A DNA stretch of 7,503 nt from Fonticula alba ATCC 38817. Its lineage: Eukaryota > Protista > Nucleariida. Positions within the stretch are counted from its first letter, which is position 1; every line of letters begins with the position of its first letter. Below are positions 1 through 5,480 of this stretch, piece by piece. The stretch lies in assembly GCA_000388065.2 (NCBI GenBank), contig KB932212.1, one strand, 5' to 3'. The notes beneath the pieces were generated by a model. The model saw only the letters and a list, made by a program, of their open reading frames with translations. It did not search any database and was not told where the DNA came from. A program made the position numbers and the translations under genes.

Positions 1-462
1 GCGCCGGTGCCCCCGCCCCCCGGGCCCCGGGGCCCCGGCCCCGGCTCCGGCCGAGAGGACCGATCGATCGCGCCCATCCAGCCTCCCCCGCAATCACACC
101 GCCCTTCTCAACATCGCCACCATGAAGGCCAGCCAGGGGGGTTCCGTGTAAGAGAGCCAGGGCGCCAACGGCAGGCCGCTCGCACACCGGCACCCGGCCG
201 CCCGGCCGGCCGCTCGCTTGTGGGAACGCCCCGCCCACCAACTGCCCGAAGACACCCACCCACCACCCAACCCCGGCCGCCCGGCGGCTGCCAACCCACG
301 GCGGGGGCCTTGCAGGCGGACATTTTGGAGCACGCAGCAATTGCCCCCGCCATTCGTGATGACACTTTCTCTCGGGCTCGCGGCGCCGGGCCGGGGGATT
401 GGCGCCACCAAGCTGGCCGCCGATGCGCCCCGGGTTCTGCCCCGCCCGGGACGAGGGTGACA

Positions 463-490
463 CCCCGCCCCCGCCCCCGCCCCCCCCCCC
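463..490 (+). repeat. (CCCCCG)n / poly-C tract
   Basis: CCCCGCCCCCGCCCCCG followed by C11. Confidence 0.9.
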
Positions 491-892
491 GGCACACGTT
501 AAGGAACGGCGCGGCCCTCGCGCGTGACTGAGCCCCTGCGCGATCGTGGTTGCGGGCTAGGCGAGCGCCCACCCGCGCGCATCCCCTCCTTCGGTGCTTT
601 GCCCCCCTCCGCCCCCAGGGGGGAGGGAGGTAGACGAGGTCGGACCGGATGACCGCCCGCCCACCCGCCCGCCCGCGTACAAAATAGCCTGGCATTAATA
701 CTGGCGGCGCCGCGCTAGGGGAGCGTTGTCCGGCGCGGCTCCTCCCCTGCCTCCCCGCCCCCTCTTCCCTCGTCGGGCGCGACATCGGGCCTGACACCTC
801 CAGCCTTGGCCGGCCCGGCCGGTGGGCGGCGCGCCCGGCGCGCTGCCACCAGGCGCCTCTGCCTGCCGGCTGGGGGTCCCCCTCCCCTGTGT

Positions 893-905
893 GGGGGGGG
901 GGGGG
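893..905 (+). repeat. Poly-G (13 nt)
   Basis: Directly visible. Confidence 0.9.
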
Positions 906-1193
906 CATGCGGCGCGTGCCATGCGCTTGGGGCAAAATACCCGACCGCCGGCCCTGGACCGCGGTGCGGGTGTCTAACCTGGCCCGGGCTTTGATCCTCC
1001 CGCGATGAGATGGCGTTTGGCCAGGCCGTGGCCGGCCCGACGTCGGAACCAACACATGAGCATGCGTGCCCGTGTCCATCATGCTCCCGGCGGGGGTCCC
1101 TTCGTGGCAGGCTGGCTGTGGATGGCTCGACATCGGCCGGATGCATATTAGTACTTTTATATTGAGCTGGCTGTGTGGGCCGGGGGGAGGGCT

Positions 1194-1228
1194 GAGAGAG
1201 AGAGAGAGCGAGCGAGCGAGCGAGAGAG
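1194..1228 (+). repeat. Compound microsatellite (GA)n-(GAGC)n-(GA)n
   Basis: GAGAGAGAGAGAGAGCGAGCGAGCGAGCGAGAGAG. Confidence 0.9.
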
Positions 1229-1609
1229 GAGAAAAGGGAGACGGCGTCTGTGCGTATGTGTGTATCTGGGTCTGTCCCATACTCCGAGCATCCCTGGGCT
1301 GGCCTCTGCTCATGCGCCTAGATGCCCCCGTGTACGCATGCTCCTGTATTCCCATGGCGCTAGGGCTTCGCGTCCCCCCGCGCGCCCCTGCTTTTGCGAT
1401 GGCCCCATGCTCGCGCGCGGGCGCGCGCGTGCGCGCGACCAGGTCCCCGGGCGGCCTGCCTGGGCCCATGATTGCCATGGATCGATCCATGCTGGCCCCA
1501 TGGGCCCCCTCCTCGCCCTTCCCATCCCCTTCTGCCGGGTCTCGTCTGCTCCAGGAGAAAGCGAGCCTGCACATGAGCCCCGGCGGCCCATTGCCCCGTC
1601 CCCTAGCCC

Positions 1610-1610
<1 letters not shown>

Positions 1611-1641
<31 letters not shown>
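1611..1641 (+). repeat. Poly-C homopolymer (31 nt)
   Basis: Directly visible, 40 nt left of the gap. Confidence 0.95.
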
Positions 1642-1642
<1 letters not shown>

Positions 1643-1681
1643 CCCCATGAGCTGGATGAGATGCCCCCCGCTCAATGAAGC

Positions 1682-1997
1682 NNNNNNNNNNNNNNNNNNN
1701 NNNNNNNNNNNNNNNNNNNNNNNNNNNNNNNNNNNNNNNNNNNNNNNNNNNNNNNNNNNNNNNNNNNNNNNNNNNNNNNNNNNNNNNNNNNNNNNNNNNN
1801 NNNNNNNNNNNNNNNNNNNNNNNNNNNNNNNNNNNNNNNNNNNNNNNNNNNNNNNNNNNNNNNNNNNNNNNNNNNNNNNNNNNNNNNNNNNNNNNNNNNN
1901 NNNNNNNNNNNNNNNNNNNNNNNNNNNNNNNNNNNNNNNNNNNNNNNNNNNNNNNNNNNNNNNNNNNNNNNNNNNNNNNNNNNNNNNNNNNNNNNNN
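1682..1997. other. Assembly gap (316 N)
   Basis: Run of N directly visible. The true length is unknown, and ORFs crossing it are meaningless. Confidence 0.99.
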
Positions 1998-2109
1998 GCG
2001 ACTTGATCCTCCCTGGGTGCGGGCGCCGGCGCACATACCCACATTTATATACGCGTGCCTACATGCGTGGGCGTGGCGGGCAGCGCGGGAGCCGCCGGGG
2101 CGCCGGCAG

Positions 2110-2139
<30 letters not shown>
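2110..2139 (+). repeat. Poly-C homopolymer (30 nt)
   Basis: Directly visible; a further C13 lies at 2209-2221. Confidence 0.95.
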
Positions 2140-2140
<1 letters not shown>

Positions 2141-2355
2141 ATCCCCGGCCACGGGGAGGCCCCATCGACACGTCAGCCCGGGCCGAGAGTGCACGGCGAA
2201 ACAGCCCGCCCCCCCCCCCCCTATGCCCGGGGGCCCCTGCGCACCCGGCACCCCGAGCCGGATCGGTGGCTCAGCCCCAGGCCCAACGCGCGGACGCCTT
2301 CTGCCATGTAATCGCCCCAGACAGATGCTCCCACTTGCATGGCCGCGCCGGCCCT

Positions 2356-2391
2356 CACACCCACACACACACACACACACGCGCACACACA
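2356..2391 (+). repeat. Interrupted (CA)n microsatellite
   Basis: Core (CA)9 at 2362-2379 with degenerate flanks. Confidence 0.9.
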
Positions 2392-3142
2392 TAGACCGCT
2401 CACTCATGGGCCGAAGATCAACTCCCTGCTGGCCGCGCGACTTAACCAGAACGCGCTGACTGCCCGTCCCCCCACCCCCCTCGCCCCTCTCGGCCGGGCC
2501 AGATAATCACCTCTACGCCCAGTACTATCTGTTGCCGGCGCGGCCAGGGCCCGCGCAGCCCCGAGCGCAGCCCCGAGTCCAAGATGGGGCCGCACGCTGT
2601 GCCGCAGGTCCGGCCCCGACGCCGGGAGCCAGGGGCCACACCTCCCGCGGAGCACGGCCCCGCCCCATCCAGCCCCATTGAGCTGGCTCATTAACACAGA
2701 GCACACATAAAACACACATTCGCACACACCCAAACCCACCCTAGACTCCGGCTGCTTCTTTCCCGCCTCTCGGCTGCCCTGCTGGCGAGCAGTCAAGACC
2801 CCGGTGGCGATGGCCACCGGGAGGGGGGAGGGGGGCATCCCCAGAGAGGCCCCCATTCCCGGTACTCAACCCAAACACCCGGCCTTGGTGGATATTGCCT
2901 GGGCCATGCCTCGCCGGGTGGGGGGTCCATCTGGCCATGGAGAGGGGCGCAGAGAGAAAGATATATATCCACATGCGTGCGGGCTCGCACCAGTGACCCT
3001 CGCATGCCGAGCCCTCAGACTCACCGCCTTTACGCCGGGCGTGTGCGGGCCAAACCCCGCGCCCGGCCACGAGAGCGCCCCGCGACGAGGCCCGGCAGTC
3101 GCGTACCACCAGATCTTCGCCCCCGCCCCTCCCACGGCCCCA

Positions 3143-3461
3143 TGCACATATGCACATATGCACAGACGCCCCACACAATGCATTTGCAAATGGATCGATG
3201 TAACCATAGATATAGATATATATGCGTGTGCGTGTGTGTCGGTGTGTACACGCATGCACACAGAAGAGCAAACAGCGACCAGGCACGCGCAAGATCCATC
3301 CCAGGCATCAGGCGAGGGCGGAGACACCAAAGCCCACGCGAGGGGACGAGGGAAGAGGCCGAGCCGGCGGACGCGTGCTCCGCCGGAGCACGGCCGGCCC
3401 CCCCCCCTGCCTCCCAATCGACCCCCGAGGGCACACGGCCGCTCGCGCATCCGTGCGACGG
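3143..3461 (-). other. Probable 3' UTR / termination region of the minus-strand gene
   Basis: Lies immediately downstream of the TGA, is non-coding-like, and has an AT-richer patch at 3143-3223. No AATAAA is seen, so the end point is a guess. Confidence 0.4.
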
Positions 3462-5425
3462 TCAATCCTTCTTGAAGCGGGGGACAGGCACGCCGCTGAA
3501 CCAATCGCGCACGCCACTGACACTGGAGACCACGCTTCCGCCGGCCGTGCGCCCGGCCGACGCCAGCCGCGTGAACCCCTGCACCAGCTCCTCGGCCAGC
3601 CGGTCCAGCTGGCCCGACCCCGGCCACGAGGGCAGCGCGCCCCGGCCACCAGCCAGCAGCCGATCGAGTGCCTGCGACCAGGGGGTCGTCCAGGCCGCCA
3701 GCCCGGCCAGCAGGCTCTGGGTGACGCGCGCTCGCACCAACACCCCGACCGACCGGCTCAGCGTGCGTCCCACCGCCGGCGCGGCCAGCTCCAACATCGA
3801 CCGCCCGGCCAGCTGGGTGACCACCGTGGCCGACGCCGCCAGGGCCAGGCTCACATACAGCCGCGCCATCGGCGTCAGAACCACCCGCCCGGCCGGCGTC
3901 AGCTCCCCCAGCCGGGTCCGGTACACCAGCACCCAGGTTAGACGCTCGCCCAGGGTGGCAGGCTGACGCCTGGCCGGCACGATCGCCATGCTCGGCCTGC
4001 TGCCCGGCGTGCCCTCGCTGCCCGGCGTGCCCTCGCTGCCTGGTGTGCCCTCGCTGCCCGGCACCGCCGGCGGGCCGGACTTCCCCGGGGCATTGCCCAC
4101 CCCGGCCGAAGTGGCCGGCACCGTGGCCACAGTGCCAATGACCTCCGGCGTCCTGGCTCGGGCAGCCGCCATGGGAGCGTGCTCCGGAACAGGGTCCTGC
4201 TCCGGAGACGGGGCATCCTGCAAGGGAGCGGCATGGCCCGGGCCCGGGGCCCCCCCGGCAGGAGAGACCGCCACATGCGCCTGGAGCCCGGCGGCCGAGT
4301 CGGCCGTCACCGGCTCGGGCTCGGACTCGCGGACAGACGCACTCGGCACCGGCCCCGGCGTCGAGCCGGCCGGCCCCGGCACAGAGACCAGCATGCTGCC
4401 GACCGCCGGCTCGGAAGCCACCAGGCAGCCCACGTCGGACGCCGGCATCGAAGAAGACACCCCCGTCGCCAGGGGGTCGGGCAGGGCAGGCTCCATGTCG
4501 GGCACCAGAGGCCCGGCCTCCGACACAGGCGCACCGGCGAGCAGGTCCGCTTCCTCCGTGATCCGGGTGAACTCCCCCGGTGCCGGAGCAAGCTGGTACT
4601 CGGCACGCGGCGTGTCGGATGGGTCATCCAGGGCGCACTCCGCAAAGGCCGGCCCCAGCCCCGGGGCCGCGACAATGGTGAAGGACCCGGTCAACCCATG
4701 CCCAGCCCCCCCGCTCAGGAGGAGCTCCTCGTCGGTGACCCCGGCCTCCTCTTCGTCGCTGCTGCTGCCGCTGCCGCTGCCGCTGTTGCCCAGAAGGACC
4801 GCCCCGGCCAGGGGGTGTCGCGACCGCGGCGGCGACAGAGCCCCATCAGCCAGGTCGGTCAGAGAACGCCCGACCAGCCGCGAAGGGGCCGGGGTCAGCT
4901 GGCCACCGAAGGCCGACCGGCCGCCATCCCCGGCCAGCGTCATGACCGGCGTCAGGGCCAGAGCTCGCCTGCTGGCACTGGCCACCCCGGCGGACTCCGG
5001 CCCCCGGAAGCGCGACGGGGTGATCAGCAGCGGCCCGGGAGAGCCTGCCCCCGCGGCCACCGGGCCTGCCTTCATGGCCGCCGCCCGGGGCCCAGTCACC
5101 GGGATTAGCCCGACAAGCGTGCGCCCCGACGGCGTCATGGCCCCCGGCGCGGGGGACATTAGCAGCGGCGAGAGCGGCGCCCCGCCGGCCGGCCGGCCGG
5201 AAGTCGGCGGATCGCCGGCGCTCCGATCCCACAGGACCGGCGACCGGATCAGCCGGCCCAGGCGCGCGCTCGTCGGCGACCGGATGCTCGTGGCCGAGGG
5301 GCTCCGCAGCGAATCGCTGCTGCTCTCCAGGCCCATGCCCACCGGCGATCCGGGCCCCAGTGACCCGGCCGACCCGGACAGATCTCCCCCCTCGAGGGTC
5401 AGCTCGCGGCTCCAGTAGAGCGAGC
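3462..5425 (-). CDS. Terminal exon 7 (1964 nt): (G)SLYWSRELTLEGG...GVPVPRFKKD*
   Basis: Acceptor GACTCACTGCAAAG whose phase 1 matches exon 6. Uninterrupted frame of 654 codons including the TGA stop (track ORF 3462..5528). Small undetected in-frame introns cannot be excluded. Confidence 0.85.
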
Positions 5426-5443
5426 CTTTGCAGTGAGTCGGGC

Positions 5444-5480
<37 letters not shown>

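Noticed and set aside
355-531. Box C/D snoRNA-like motifs (GTGATGA near 355, CTGA near 528)
   Set aside because: They are too far apart, with a poly-C tract between them and no terminal stem or recognisable rRNA guide.
992-2013. Shared 11-mer TTGATCCTCCC on either side of the gap region
   Set aside because: Several 11-mer matches are expected by chance in 7.5 kb; there is no extension and no TIR, LTR or target-site duplication pattern.
108-2394. Long ORFs spanning the gap (108..2171, 1173..2006, 1310..2044, 1675..2394, 1672..2034)
   Set aside because: They stay open only because of the N run and the poly-C/G tracts; the translations are poly-G/P/X.
3465-3482. C-terminal dilysine ER-retrieval signal
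   Set aside because: RFKKD places the lysines at -2 and -3, not the required -3/-4 or -3/-5.
2741-3649. Cluster of overlapping 110-250 aa ORFs on both strands
   Set aside because: The translations are microsatellite-derived (HTHT, CVCV, IYIY) and R/P/G-rich, with no domain-like content. The region is better explained as 3' UTR or intergenic.
4000-4062. CRISPR-like reading of the direct repeats
   Set aside because: The copies are contiguous with no spacers, lie in frame within a eukaryotic exon, and no cas genes are present.
3988-5418. 476-aa antisense ORF (and 2977..3966 in the same frame, plus 4179..5108) overlapping exon 7
   Set aside because: This frame shares third codon positions with the real gene. 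Stops in it require Tyr, His or Gln codons in the sense protein, which are scarce, and its TAG falls exactly at the sense Leu-Tyr. It is a shadow ORF explained by composition.
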